Source of the DNA: Octopus vulgaris
Taxonomy: Eukaryota
Reading direction: 5' to 3'
Assembly: GCA_951406725.2 (NCBI GenBank)
Contig: OX597825.1
Location: 65,844,001-65,908,000, forward strand
DNA length: 64,000 nucleotides
Positions 1 to 13,542 of the stretch are shown one piece after another; the first letter of the stretch is position 1, and the number at the start of each line of letters is the position of its first letter. Below the pieces are notes generated by a model. That model was not told the origin of the DNA and did not search any database. It was given only the letters and a program-made list of their open reading frames with translations. Position numbers and translations under genes: made by a program.

Positions 1-48
<48 letters not shown>

Positions 49-71
49 CATATATATATACAAATATATAT

Positions 72-467
72 ATAAGTTCAGCAAAAATTTAGATTCAGAT
101 GAAAATGGTACTTAAGTTAAAGGCACCAGAATTTGGTATGGTATTATTCATATAGATCACATGGGGTGATTATAATCAAAATAAGCAACAAAAGTGATAA
201 AAAAATCTGCCCATGAGAAAAGATCTTCTACTAGTATGTTCTTACTGATGAAATTCACCTCTCTGTTTATATATCTACCCTCTTTGTAATATTGGCAAAT
301 GGAATAGGTATAAAAATGAACGTTGTCAATTTAATTAAAAACATTCCATATGTGGCTGAAGAGTGTTCTACATTTTAAAACTAATGTAATACTTACATTG
401 TTTAATTAAATTAAGTAGCATGAAACGATTGTACTACACTACCTTTGGATATCCTTGTTGCTTATTT

Positions 468-470
<3 letters not shown>
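72..470 (+). mobile_element. Short non-coding Penelope-like (PLE) derived element, family A, between (TA)n tracts
   Basis: Hammerhead at 351-438. The 3' end (ttgttgcttattttga) is inverted at about 177-192. 72-192 is the reverse complement of 43651-43768. Confidence 0.7.
351..438 (+). ncRNA. Minimal type-I hammerhead ribozyme
   Basis: tgtgg-CTGAAGA-gtg(tt)ctac...gtagcat-GAAA-cgattg-TA-ctaca. Stems I, II and III all pair and the cleavage triplet is GUA. Confidence 0.8.
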
Positions 471-515
<45 letters not shown>

Positions 516-914
516 GTTCATATCGAACGGTGAGAATCAGTGTTTCAAACCGTATTGGTGGGTAAAGCATCTGTATTTGTAGGTTTACCAGGCTACCATT
601 GGTTTCACGATAAGGCAGCTATCTCTTAGCAACTATCAAGCCAGTAATATCTTGGATGATGTTCTCATCTTACTATGAAGCCAATGGTCCAGTGGTAACA
701 TGGTTAACTTACAAATAAAGTATATATGTGTATATATACACATATATATACATATATATAATTGCTAAGAATATATACTTTAACTGTCCAATACTACATA
801 TAATATTTGTAAACAAACCAGAAGGTTTTGTAAGCTACGGAGATAGAGTGACTATGGTATTAATCTCATGCAATGGATTTTTTAAAAGAAAAAAAGTTAT
901 GAGTGTTTTTAAAG

Positions 915-1160
915 CAAGACACTTTATTTCACGTTGCTCCAGTTCACTCAGCTGTAGAAATGAGTGACGACGTTACAGGTGCCACGGTGTATCGGCCCCT
1001 TTGCCTTTCCCTTGGATAACACTGGTGGCGTGGAGAGGGGAGGTCGATATCCATGAGTAACTGCTGGTCTTCCATAAACAACCTTGCCCGGACTTGTGCC
1101 TGGGGGGATAACTTTCTAGGTGCAATTCCATGGTCTGTGTCGTGACCGAAGGGGGTCTCA
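915..1160 (+). mobile_element. 5'-truncated SINE (family 3-related body)
   Basis: tttcacgttgctccagttcactcagctg is shared with the copies at 40858-40886 and 30255-30285 (reverse). Confidence 0.6.
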
Positions 1161-1946
1161 GAATATATACACAACACATATATATACCCCTTCACACACG
1201 CACTTATATATACATATTTATTTATTCATTTACACGCGTATACACCCATTGGCACTGAATTAAATGTTCTTGAACTTTCGCATTCAATGGCTTATTGAAG
1301 TATGTTGGATGACCCATAATTCAAAGACATTTTGGTGTCACAAGCACTCCAGTATTTTCTACTTTACCCACTTTTTTGTGTCCCAGAAATATTGTATGTT
1401 TCATTGTCTTCGATATTTCAATCAACCACACTAAATTATGTGTGAGCGTGTGAGTGAGTGCGTGTGCGCGAGTGCATGCGTGTGTATACTCAATATATGT
1501 CATGCACAATACTCAATATATGTCAAAAATGATAAATTTCAGCCTGATGATTAAATCTTAATCTTTCTGCTTGAAGTTAGCCGTCATTTTCTTCTTGTGT
1601 TCTCATTTGTCTCCTTTTTGTCAGTGTTTTACTTTTTTAAATCGAGTCTAGCCTATATTACTCATTATATTTATTGTCATTTAGTATTAGCAAAACCCTC
1701 TCTCTAATTCTTAATAACCATTGAATTCTTCTTGATCAAAGTTCTGCAGTTTAATGTTAAAATGTTTCTCAGTGACAAAGTATTATTAACCTTCTAGCTA
1801 GCAATTACCTGCTGTATATTTGAAACTATAACTCTACGCTTCTACAGTAATAGGGCCTCCTCACTCAATTACTAACCTTCATTAGTTTGACTGACTCATT
1901 CACACACAATTATATTTCCTTTCCCTCTTCTCTCTGTTTATCTATC

Positions 1947-1979
<33 letters not shown>

Positions 1980-2021
1980 GTAAATGGAGTTGAACGCAAA
2001 TGTTATTAAAATTCTTTTACT

Positions 2022-2100
2022 TTCGACATATGTTTCGAAGACAACATTGGTTTTATTCCAAAGAAATAAATGGTGTAAAATGCAATCTTCTCATCAGGAA
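2022..2100 (-). ncRNA. Minimal type-I hammerhead ribozyme in a ~170 bp insert between (TA)n tracts
   Basis: Minus strand: ttc-CTGATGA-gaagattgcatt...aatgttgtcttc-GAAA-catatg-TC-gaa. Stem-III loop is palindromic and the triplet is GUC. Confidence 0.8.
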
Positions 2101-2955
2101 TTTTCCATGTTAACGGTAAACAAAGGATAATTCATTCATCCATTTATATATATATATATGTATGTATATGTACATATATATATATATATGTATGTGTGCA
2201 TATATATATATATAATTTCTACCCTTTATAACGCTATCCAAATAACTCCACGTCTCCTTCATTATACAATGTCTCTCACCTCACATACACTTGAATATCA
2301 TAAGAGAATTTGTTGCTCTTTCGCTCCCTCTCATATATGTTTCACTTCTGTCTATTTTATTATTCGGTCACTTTCTATAAATCTATAATTTTATCACGTT
2401 ACCTCTCTAATTCCTCCGCGTTTGTAGATTGCATCTTTCTTCATTCCACTGCTTCACAATACCAATCTTCTACTATTATTCTTCGACCATAGACTGTATA
2501 CGCCGGAGTGCCTGCCCTACATTCTGTCTAACTGCTGGTAAATTTTCAATCTGTAAATTTCACTGTATATATCTCCTTGTCCAGCAGTTGCTTTCTCCTC
2601 ACACAATCTTCAAGAAATGTGAATGTCATGGCCTTTTTATATATGCAAGTATACATATGTGTCTGAGTGTGTATATGAGAGAAAGTGTGTGTGAGCATCT
2701 GTGAGCATCTGTGAGCGTGTATGTGCATTATGAATGTAGTGTGTGCGTTAATTATATATAGGTTTAACAAGAACTACAGATATTTAGCACAGTTTCTTTT
2801 ATTCGGTCTGCGGTCCTTCTAGACGATTCGGTGCATTTTGTGCATAAAAAATAAACACACACATATATGCACACATAGAAACACACGCACAAACACAAAC
2901 ACATAAATATAGAGAGAGACATACATACATACATATATACATACATATATATATT

Positions 2956-3048
<93 letters not shown>

Positions 3049-3884
3049 AAATCCAAACATACGAATATATAACTATGTAGATAAATGTGTTTGTATACAT
3101 GGATATTTGTCTACTTTCTGGTTATAATCCTATTTGTTTAATCCCAGCATATAACAGCTTTTTTGCAACTTTCGACACAAGATTTCACTCGGCAAATTCT
3201 TATATACACTTTCATCCACATACATCTAGTAATTTCTAACAACTATATATTCAGCAAATATATTTTACACATAATTAATACGCCATACCCAATGGATATG
3301 CTCATATATTGAAAATTAAAAAATAGAAAAAAAAACGCCTTCATCAACAATAAAAATATTAGCAAAAACTAAAATATTTACTTTTTTTATAAACTATGCT
3401 ATACACATATGATATTGCAGGCATGAAGCGATCACGTGATTTTCACACGCACGTGTATGAACACGTATGAAAATCACGTGTTTCTACGTATGGCAAATTA
3501 ATACATGATTTGATGACAAATTCCTAAATGGTCCAGCAACTAATCAATTGTCGATGTCTATTAAGTTTTGGGATGATTTTACAAATATCTTTAGCTAAAT
3601 ATTTACATGGTCGCATCTATACTGAAATCCTTTCGATAATTGGTGAGAAACAAGGGATCGCTATACCAAAATTTCAACATCTAATACATACACACTCTAG
3701 ACCGTGGGTCAATACCTATGTTATTTAATCTGTCTGTCTCTCAAGTCTTAAGAAGAGAGAGAGAGAGAAACAGAAAATAATTTTTATAATCTACTTGAAT
3801 TGAGATGGGATCACTTTAATGTACCCACATCGAGCAAGAATCCTGGAAAAAGACTCATCACAAAATTTCAAAAATAATATAATA

Positions 3885-4054
3885 GGCGTCGGAGTGGCTA
3901 AGTGGTAACTAGCTTGCTAACGAACCACATGGTTCTGGGTTCAGTCCCACTGCATGGCACCTTGAGCAAGTGTCTTCTACTATAGCCTCGTAAGTGGATT
4001 TGGTAGACGGAAACTGAAAAGAAGCCCGTCGTGAATATGCATGTGCATATATAC

Positions 4055-4107
<53 letters not shown>

Positions 4108-4326
4108 TATATGTATGTATGTGTGTGTATATGTTTGTGTGCCTGTGTTTGTCCCCCCAACATCGCTTGACAACCTATGCTGGTGTGTTTACGTCCCTGT
4201 AACTTAGCGATTCGGCAAAAGTGATCGTTAGAATAAGTCCTGGGGTCGATTTGTTCGACTAAAGGCGGTGCTCCATCATGGCCATAGTCAAATCACTGAA
4301 ACAAGTAAAAGACTAAAAGAGTAAAA
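3885..4326 (+). mobile_element. tRNA-derived SINE, family 1 (full length, internal TA/TG tract)
   Basis: A-box-like gtggctaagtgg and B-box-like ggttcagtccc, ending in an aagtaaaaga tail. At least 7 copies occur in the window. Confidence 0.85.
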
Positions 4327-4490
4327 GGAAGAGACGATTAAATTTTAGCACACATTTTATTATAATAGGATAAAAAAAAACAACGAATACAAATTGAGTG
4401 AAATGCTTCTTAAAAATTGCAGAGGATTTTCATTTTTATATTCCTGAGCTTTCTTCTGCAGTCATGCATCAATAATTTGATAGATCAATA

Positions 4491-4888
4491 CGGTGAGCTG
4501 GCAGAAAAGTTAGCACGCCGGGCTAAATTCTTAGCGGTATTTCGTCTGCCTTTACGTTCTGAGTTCAAATTCCGCCGAGGTTGACTTTGCCTGACATCCA
4601 TTCGGGATCGATAAATTAAGTACCAGTTACGCACTGGGGGTCGATATAATCGACTTAATCCGTCTGTCTGTCCTTGTTTGTCCCCTCTGTGTTTAGCCCC
4701 TTGTGGGTAGTAACGAAATAGGTATTTCGTCTGTCTTTACGTTCTGAATTCAAATTCCGCCAAGGTTAACTTCGCATTTCATCCTTTCGGGGTCGATAAA
4801 TTAAGTACCAGTGGCATGCTGGGGTCGAGCTAATCGATTGGCCTCCTCCTCCCAAATTTCGGGTTTGTGCTTAGAGTAGAAAAGAATA
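4491..4888 (+). mobile_element. tRNA-derived SINE, family 2 (internally duplicated body)
   Basis: gagctggcagaa...gagttcaaattcc B-box. The block ggtatttcgtctg...ggtcgataaattaagtacc occurs twice. Many copies in the window. Confidence 0.85.
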
Positions 4889-4899
4889 ATTTGATAGGT

Positions 4900-6130
4900 C
4901 TTTTTTGTTGTTGAGTCTCCACGTCAGATGTGTGCAATTTTTGTCTGGTTTAATCCTTCCTCAGCTTTAAGGACAGTGCATAGTTCCCACAAAATCTAGA
5001 TGTGTGGATGTTAATGATGAGCGCAAAGGATTGTGGAACCCTTCTAAAGAATTATTTGATCGTAGCAAGTCCTTTAAGACGAGTTCACGTATATTCCAGA
5101 GTTGTATAGGAAAATGTGGAGTTTCTCTTCGCTGACGAGGACCGCGCCCCCTTACAATTCCAATGTATGTAAACTCAAAATAGGTGATAAACTCAGAAGG
5201 AATGTCTTCATCGTCAGACAAATCTTCAAATACATTGACATCTTTAATTGACAACTGGTAAAAATGCTAAAGCACTTAATTTTAAGCTGAAAACTTGCAT
5301 CTGTGTTGTATCTCATACTCTCACGAAGAGACTGTCCGAGATGAAAAACACACCCAACTACTTCTGAATATGGAAACAGAGAAACAAATGCATTATTGAG
5401 AGCTTTTTCAAAGTCTATGAGGCAGGTTACAAGTCAACAATTTCGTCTTAAATCACGCACAGAAGACAGAAGACGATGATATGAGGCTTCTTTTTGTCGG
5501 GAAGTAAGGCAAAAAGTCGGGGCAAACACGGACTTCCAGTGATATGTAGTGTCACTAACTGACTCCACAAACTAAGAGATACCTTGAAGGTTCCATAACA
5601 GGCCCAATTCGTAGAGTTTTCTAGATCATCCAAGCCATTTTTCTGAGGAATAAACTAAAATTTGTCTGGGTCATCAATGCCTCTGTCAAAGACCAAATAC
5701 AAGGACCCACCTTCTGAATACTTAACTGTGTCAGGAATTTCAAACCCTGACCTACAAGTTGGAAGTGCTAGAATCCCTAAAGCACGCTGCCTTCAGTTAC
5801 ATATGTTACGTGCAAGTCCAAGGATGGCCTGCAACTGTGATTGTGTCTCCTTATTGAGGTTTTGCACAGCAGTAGCAATTACTTCCCGTGAAGATACTGT
5901 GCCCGTTTTCATTACTTCATTTTTCATTGAGTTAACTGCCTTTCGAGCATTAACGTGCGCACTGCTTGCAGAGTGATTATGGGAGCCCGATGAAAAAAAT
6001 TATTTCTGGTTCACTGCTTTTGTAAGTTGTATGCAGTCTAGCTTGGCAACCTTTAGAAAACCGTTCTTGGTTATTCTACTGCTGTTTCCATGCTTTTCGT
6101 ATATATAATTCTCTTCATCGCAAAGCTTTC
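4900..6130 (-). pseudogene. Decayed Mutator-like (MULE) transposase
   Basis: Frameshifted minus-strand motifs GTFKV..WSQLVTLH..LFALLPDK, CLIDFEKALNNAF..FP..GCVFHLGQ, WNIRE..RSNNSLEGFHN, and an upstream HNH. Confidence 0.85.
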
Positions 6131-6783
6131 GGTTGTTCTCATGGATGAGATAAATGTCGAGGGAGTCAGAGTTGATTCCTCAGAGGTGTCTTCAGCCCTG
6201 GTGTTGAGTACGCGTCGTTTTCTTTTTCCTTGTTTTTTTTTTACGATTCTTCGATGCAGCGTCCACGACTGTCAGCAGGCGACTGACAACCCTGTCAGGT
6301 TTCCTGTTTAAATACTCGCCGTTATACGTATAGGTGTGTATACATCTATTAGATATGTTCGTCGTTATTTTCGCTCTACGGAGACAAAGGTAAATTTCAC
6401 ATGCATATTTGTATGTCTCCTACAGGTGTATACAAATGTTCTATCATACGTTGATATGTAGACTAGGTTCCCTATTGACAGGCTTCTTATACTAAACAAA
6501 GTGTGAAACACTAATACTATGCTATTATGTAGATCCAATTTATATGTGTGTGTGCGTGCGTGTGTGTGTGCGGGTATGTGTGTTCATGTGTATATGTATA
6601 GTATATATGTTTATATATGTATATGTGTACGTGTTTGCTTATGTCTGTACATATAAATTTTTTGCATGAAAATATACTTACATATATGCATTCATACAAA
6701 CACATATGTGAATTATAAATATATGTGCTTATATATTTACAGAAGTAAATTCATATATATAGATATACATACACATATATGTG

Positions 6784-6814
<31 letters not shown>

Positions 6815-6894
6815 GCGTGCATATATATATATCCATATATACATAAACATATACACACGCACACACACATATATATATATACATACATACATAT

Positions 6895-6987
<93 letters not shown>

Positions 6988-7037
6988 TATACATATATAT
7001 ATGTATATATGTATATATATATATGTATATATATATG

Positions 7038-7105
<68 letters not shown>

Positions 7106-7384
7106 ATATGTACATGTACAACAAGAAAATAGAGGTGATAGGATGATATATGGCTGCACACTACATTCAAGAAAACGTACTATCGCGAAATATGCTTCAT
7201 GAGAGACGTGAAAGACACAAAGCACCTTCTGGCGATGTATCGTCTATGTGTGTAAATAGGTGGGCTGCATATATGTATATACATATTTGCGTGTACGTAT
7301 GTATATGCTTATATATGTGTGTGTGTGTGTATGTATATATATGTATATGTATATCTATCTACCTATCTAAAAAAAAAAAAAAAA

Positions 7385-9797
7385 CTCTCCACTCAGACCA
7401 CGACATGGTACTCTGCAATCTTAATTCCCGACGTATAAAAACCAAACCAGCCAATCCCACTCCATGGCACCCATTTGACAACATAAATTTCCACAAAGCG
7501 GACTGGGGAACAATCAGAAAGGATCTGTCTTCCATCGACTGGTCTTTTACTCTCAATTCCCCTCATATTGAGACCGCGTGGCAGCACTTTGAAACCATTG
7601 TCACCGACACATGCTCTAAACACGCTCCCAAGAAATCTACTAACACAAACAGAAACCGGCTCCCTAAAAAGAAAAAACACTCATCAGGCGCATCAAAAGA
7701 CTCAACAAAAAAATCAACCAATTAAAATATTCCCACATGCAACATCCACATTTAACAACAATGAAAAGACTAGAGCTGGAAAAACTTCATCTGCAGACTA
7801 ACATGAAAACCTCCATTGAAAATCAAAGAGCTGTGGAGGAACAATGGGTAATCAAAAACATCAAACAGAACCCAAAAGTGTTCTATTCTTATGCAAATAA
7901 GCATAGAACCACTGTCTCACCTATTGGGCCATTGATTGATGAAAACGGCATTCCCCAACACGATGCTAAAGAAATGGCAGAAATACTGCAGAAACAATAT
8001 TGCTCTGTCTTCAGTGTTCCCACTGATATTGATGTGAGGGAAACGAACGAAGCTGACTCCCAACACAAAATCGCAGACATAACCTTCACTGCCACCGACA
8101 TCGTAGCAGCAATAAATGAGGTCAAACATTACTCTGCTGTAGGCCCTGATAGATTTCCCGCCAGTCTCCTGAAGGAATGTAGATATCAACTTGCAGTCCC
8201 TCTGACCAACCTCTGGAGAAACTCGTTAGACGCAGGTTATATACCGAAAAAGTTTCTATCCCAGTCGGTCATCCCGGTTTTCAAACAGGGAAACAGATCC
8301 CTCACAGTCAACTATTGCCCAATCTCACTCACCTCCCACATCATTAAAGTGTTTGAAAGAGTGTTAAGATCAAGGATAGCTGACTTCCTGGAGACCCACA
8401 AACTCCTAAATTCAAATCAGCATGGCTTTCGCTGTGGCAGGGACTGTCTAACACAGCTCTTACACCACATTGAAGATGTACTCAAAGCCTTGGGAACAGG
8501 TTCGAACTCTGACGTTATATACCTTGACTTCAGTAAAGCGTTCGACAGGGTAGACCATAACATCCTACTCTCAAAATTGGCAAATGTTGGAATCCGTGGA
8601 AAAGTTCTACACTGGCTTCAGTATTTCCTAGCGAATAGAACACAACATGTTGTAGTTGATGGAGTCCACTCAAAATCAGCAAAAGTCACCAGCGGTGTTC
8701 CCCAGGGAACTGTTTTGGGTCCGCTACTCTTCATAATTTATGTAAACGACCTTTCCAGTGTCGTACATCACTGCAAAGTGAAAATATTCGCTGATGACAC
8801 TAAGCTCCAGCAAATCGTCAATGAAGAAGCAGACCGAACTCAACTCCAGTCTGACCTATATGCTGTGAGTCAATGGGCAGACAGAAACAAAATGCAACTG
8901 AATGAGGGAAAATTTGAGCTGATGCATTTTGGAAGAAATTCCTCACTAAAACAACCATACTCTCTTCCTTCAGGGGAACCGCTCACAGCTTCTAACAATA
9001 TCAGAGACCTGGGTGTAATTGTTGATGATGATCTCAGTTGGAGTGCACACATCAACAAGAAGGTCGATACAGCTCGTAGGATGAGTTCCTGGATCTTAAG
9101 AACTTTCCGGTCCAGAGAACAAGGTGTCATCATACCACTTTTTTCATCCTTTGTACGGCCACACCTTGAATACTGCTGCCCACTGTGGTCTCCTCACACA
9201 AGACAAAACATCTCCAGAATTGAGTCACCCCAGAGGGCTCTCACTAAACAAATTGAAGGCATGGCTGCTCTCGACTATTGGGATCGCCTTAAAGCCTTGA
9301 AACTTTACTCCCTTCAGCGTCGCCGTGAGCGGTACATCATTTGTACGATGTGGAAAATATACCGCCAACTTTGCCCAAACGACCTAAACATTAGCTTCAA
9401 GGTTCATCCGAGACTTGGACCACGGGCTATACGTCCCCTGCCAAATTCAAGATCACAACATACATGTACACTGCAACATAATTTCTTTTCCTCAACAGGC
9501 CCTGCCCTATTTAACATTGTCCCGAGGGAGTTCAAAGAGGAAAAGGATCCCATCAACTTCAAACAGAGTCTGGATAGATTCCTTCAAAGAATACCAGATA
9601 AGCCACCCATAATTGGATACAACTCACCCAACAAGAACTCACTACTTGAACAAACCTGGATACAACTCATCCAACAAGAACTCACTACTTGAACAAAACT
9701 TGACTTAAACAGGATTCGAATAATCCTATCAGGTGGTGCTATTAAGTTAGACATGGCCTGGACCAATCTCTGGTCGAAACATATCTAAGTTTATCTA

Positions 9798-9801
<4 letters not shown>
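7385..9801 (+). mobile_element. 5'-truncated CR1/L2-group LINE
   Basis: Starts at the terminal SDH motif of the AP-endonuclease, with a frameshift near 7670, then the RT ORF. Ends with a 3' stem-loop (gacca-atctc-tggtc) and a (tatctaagtt)2 tail running into (TA)n. Confidence 0.9.
7737..9692 (+). CDS. Non-LTR retrotransposon reverse transcriptase (ORF2 C-terminal part, 651 aa, uninterrupted)
   Basis: Motifs PISLTS..KVFER, QHGFR, YLDFSKAFD, GVPQGTVLGPLLF, FADD, RDLGV, RPHLEYC..WSP, SLQRRRER. Confidence 0.93.
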   Translation: MQHPHLTTMKRLELEKLHLQTNMKTSIENQRAVEEQWVIKNIKQNPKVFYSYANKHRTTVSPIGPLIDENGIPQHDAKEMAEILQKQYCSVFSVPTDIDVRETNEADSQHKIADITFTATDIVAAINEVKHYSAVGPDRFPASLLKECRYQLAVPLTNLWRNSLDAGYIPKKFLSQSVIPVFKQGNRSLTVNYCPISLTSHIIKVFERVLRSRIADFLETHKLLNSNQHGFRCGRDCLTQLLHHIEDVLKALGTGSNSDVIYLDFSKAFDRVDHNILLSKLANVGIRGKVLHWLQYFLANRTQHVVVDGVHSKSAKVTSGVPQGTVLGPLLFIIYVNDLSSVVHHCKVKIFADDTKLQQIVNEEADRTQLQSDLYAVSQWADRNKMQLNEGKFELMHFGRNSSLKQPYSLPSGEPLTASNNIRDLGVIVDDDLSWSAHINKKVDTARRMSSWILRTFRSREQGVIIPLFSSFVRPHLEYCCPLWSPHTRQNISRIESPQRALTKQIEGMAALDYWDRLKALKLYSLQRRRERYIICTMWKIYRQLCPNDLNISFKVHPRLGPRAIRPLPNSRSQHTCTLQHNFFSSTGPALFNIVPREFKEEKDPINFKQSLDRFLQRIPDKPPIIGYNSPNKNSLLEQTWIQLIQQELTT

Positions 9802-9862
<61 letters not shown>

Positions 9863-10092
9863 ATACATTGCCTTATACATATATGCATTCGTATATTTAT
9901 ACATAGGTGTGTGCGCATATATAGATAAATATATATGTATATACGCCTCTAAATAAGTATCTAAGAATGTGTTCATTTGCTGTGTATAGTAATCTTCGAC
10001 ATCATTTTTCTTTAATTAATTATTTACAGGAAACTAAGAGTCTTTCGGGAGTATGTTGATGAGACATATACATATGCGTGCTTTAATGTGTG

Positions 10093-10154
<62 letters not shown>

Positions 10155-10582
10155 CATATATATATATAAATATATATATATATATGTATGTATATATCTA
10201 TATATAGATACACACACACACATACACACCCATATATATACATATCCGTACATATTTCTATCTACCTACATACATATATGTGTAGATAAGTAGATAGGAA
10301 AGTAGGTATGTGGGCAGGTGTATAGTTAGGAAGGTAAGTTGATAGGTAGGTTGGTAGGAAGGCAGGGAGGAATTTAAGGAGGAGGACATGAAAGGAACGA
10401 GGAAAATAGATAGAAAAACAGCGTCGAAGATTATCTAGGGAGCAGGACGGAGCTGAAATATAGGTAACGGGTTAAAAACCGTTTCCTTCAACATTCTCAT
10501 CTAACTGGCGATATTACTTGCTCGCTGAGTCATAGATAAAGACACAAAGAGAGTGTATGTGTATATATATATATATATATAG

Positions 10583-10959
10583 TCTTTTATTCTTTTATTC
10601 TTTTACTTGTTTCAGTCATTTGACTGCGGCCATGCTGGAGCACCGCCTTTAATCGAGCAACTCGACTCCGGGACTTATTCTTTTGTAAGCCCAGTACTTA
10701 TTCTATCGGTCTCTTTTGCCGAACCGCTAAGTAACGGGGGACATAAACACACCAGCATCGGTTGTGAAGGAATGCTAGGGGAACAAACACAGACACACAA
10801 ACACACACACACATATATATTAATATATACATATATACGACAGGCTTCTTTCAGTTTCCGTCTACCAAATCCACTCACAAGGCATTGGTCGGCCCGAGGC
10901 TTATAGCAGAAGACACTTGCCCAAGATGCCACGCAGTGGGACTGAACCCGGAACCATGT
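10583..10959 (-). mobile_element. SINE family 1
   Basis: Reverse complement of the 3885-4326 family. Confidence 0.85.
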
Positions 10960-10975
10960 TTATAAAAAAAAAAAA

Positions 10976-11253
10976 AACAGAACACAAAGGATGTCGCGGT
11001 ACACGTGTTTCAAGCTTTATAAAACAACTTATTCTTTTGGTATAGAAATTGCATGCGGCTGAAGAGAGCTTTAGACCATCTGGTATGTCGATGATACATT
11101 GATGTAAGAATAAGCTGTTTTATAAAGCTTGAAACACGTGTACCGCGACATCCTTTGTGTTCTGTCTTTTATTTCATTTGATACATATATCCTCTCACCT
11201 CTTCTACTAGCTGGCATATACAGGTGCTTACATTTATCAAGTATTAACCCTGA

Positions 11254-11260
<7 letters not shown>
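10976..11260 (+). mobile_element. Fold-back PLE-derived element C
   Basis: About 58 bp inverted arms (10977-11035 / 11107-11165) overlap the hammerhead. Ends in (TA)n. Confidence 0.75.
11054..11147 (+). ncRNA. Minimal type-I hammerhead ribozyme
   Basis: tgcgg-CTGAAGA-gagcttt...aaagctt-GAAA-cacgtg-TA-ccgcg. Confidence 0.85.
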
Positions 11261-11300
<40 letters not shown>

Positions 11301-11667
11301 AATATTCATGACAATCATATGGAAATGAAAGAGGAAATGAGAGATGGAAATATGAAGGAGAGATCGGCATAGATGATGAAGAGTATCGCTGTTTCAATTT
11401 GTTTTGTCAGCTTCATATATTCTGAGATTCTTCCTTAATTAGATGTTACTGTGTTCGAATGGAATTAGACTATGTTCGGAGTTTAGAATTGTATTAATCC
11501 TATGTAATAATTCTGTTATCTTTAAATATGAGTACAGAATTATCCACGTATATGTCTCTGCGAGTTTGTAGGCATTTACACAATTGTACGTATATATCTG
11601 AGGGATTTTAAAACGTATTTGTAAGAATACGTGTACGTACACACACACACACAAACACATAAACACA

Positions 11668-11827
11668 ATCGTGGATGTGTGGTAAGAAGCTTGCTCCCAA
11701 ACTGCATGGTTCCGGGTTCAGTCCCACTGCGTGCCACCTTCGGCAAATATCTTCTGCATTGGCCTCGGGCCAACCAAAGCTTTGTGAGTGGGTTTGGTAG
11801 ACGGAAATTGAAAGAAGCCTGTCGTAC

Positions 11828-11872
<45 letters not shown>

Positions 11873-11925
11873 TGTATTTGTATATGTTTGTTCCCCATCA
11901 TCGCTTGACAACCGATGTTGGTGTT
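11668..11925 (+). mobile_element. SINE family 1 (3'-truncated)
   Basis: Matches the family 1 head and body. Confidence 0.8.
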
Positions 11926-12747
11926 GGTGTGTCGGTTATGACTTAATAGTTTTTGCTTATGGTTCCTTGTATCTCACAAGTGCAGCTGTTAATTTTCCCA
12001 GAAATTATTTTATTCTAATTTCTGATTACTTACTGTTAGGTAATAATTGAAAGTGTAAAATAGGGAATACATGTAGCCAAAATGTGATTCGCCAATGGAA
12101 TTCAGGAGTAATGTTACCAGACAGTCTGCGTGTAGCATGGTAACCAGGCAGTTTCTCCATGTTGAGCAGCTGCTTCTCCGAAACAACCAGCATGTGACAA
12201 GAATATTGCAGCAAAAGATTGCAAGGAAGGTTCTTCCTGGCGAACCAACAGCCAGGAGAGCTAGCACTAGACCAGCAACATGAGATAACATCCATAGTTG
12301 AAATTAGTCATGTTCTGGACTATATGGAAGAGTGCCCAGGCACTCTTCACAATAACTCTCAGAGGCGAAAATAGAGAGGAGGATAGAATACATACGACAT
12401 GTTTTGAAGATGGAAGTTACACTTCTTTACATTCCTATTGAGAACAATTCTAAAATTGCTGGTAGAATTTATCATACATCCGAGAATATATATTTGTATA
12501 TATATATATATGTGTGTGTATGTATGTATGTATATATATATATATGTATATATATATATGTGTGTGTATATGTGTATACATATATATAATCCCGTTTATA
12601 GATGGCTATTATATTTTGTTACATGATTACATGCATATATATATATGCATATATATACACGTATATAAACATCTATATATGAATATACATATATATATAC
12701 ATATATATATAGAATAAATATATATACATACATATACATATATATAC

Positions 12748-12842
<95 letters not shown>

Positions 12843-13199
12843 GTATATACCATTAATCATATCATGCGAAATATTAATTCTTAAGAACAATGCTACGATC
12901 CTACAACGAGAAAATCTAGTATTACGAGAAAAAAAATATGCAGGAATGATGAATGAGACTTATATTAGCTTCTTTATCTGCTTCATAATATTTTATTTCT
13001 CTCCCCCTCTCTCTCTCTCTTTTCTTGTTTCCATTATTCCGTTTCTCGTTCTCTGACGTTCGTACGCCCTCTCTTTCCTTCTCCAGTTCTCTCATACGTT
13101 CATACGTTCTTTGTATCCAACTTTTTTCGCTGTGTCTCTCATTATTTTCTCTCTTTTGTTCCCCATAATTTCTCTGACTCTTTTTTTGTACCTATATAC

Positions 13200-13308
<109 letters not shown>

Positions 13309-13351
13309 TATATATACACACATATATATATATATGCATATATATACACAC

Positions 13352-13384
<33 letters not shown>

Positions 13385-13408
13385 TACACACATATATATA
13401 TACATACA

Positions 13409-13458
<50 letters not shown>

Positions 13459-13511
13459 TGCATGTATATATGTATGTATATATATATATATGTATGTAAA
13501 TATATATATAC

Positions 13512-13542
<31 letters not shown>

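Noticed and set aside
245-260. Isolated CTGATGA (also near 1544, 22792, 31587, 45969)
   Set aside because: No properly placed stem II, GAAA and TH, so these look like chance matches.
585-700. Imperfect hairpin accattggtttca / tgaagccaatggt
   Set aside because: Arms are short and any hammerhead core is incomplete. Possibly an old fold-back element.
3885-3960. tRNA-like A/B boxes
   Set aside because: These are SINE heads continuing into SINE bodies, with no complete cloverleaf, so not tRNA genes.
6666-7225. Many YIYI/ICVC/poly-I/L/N/E/G ORFs here and throughout the window
   Set aside because: They are translations of stop-free microsatellites with no domain content.
9755-9790. Hairpin followed by GAAAC at the LINE 3' end
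   Set aside because: No hammerhead core. Better explained as the CR1/L2 3' recognition stem-loop.
12010-12420. Unique-looking block with short ORFs (also 31370-32090 and 60974-61430)
   Set aside because: No recognisable domain or convincing splice pair. A small host exon cannot be excluded without RNA-seq.
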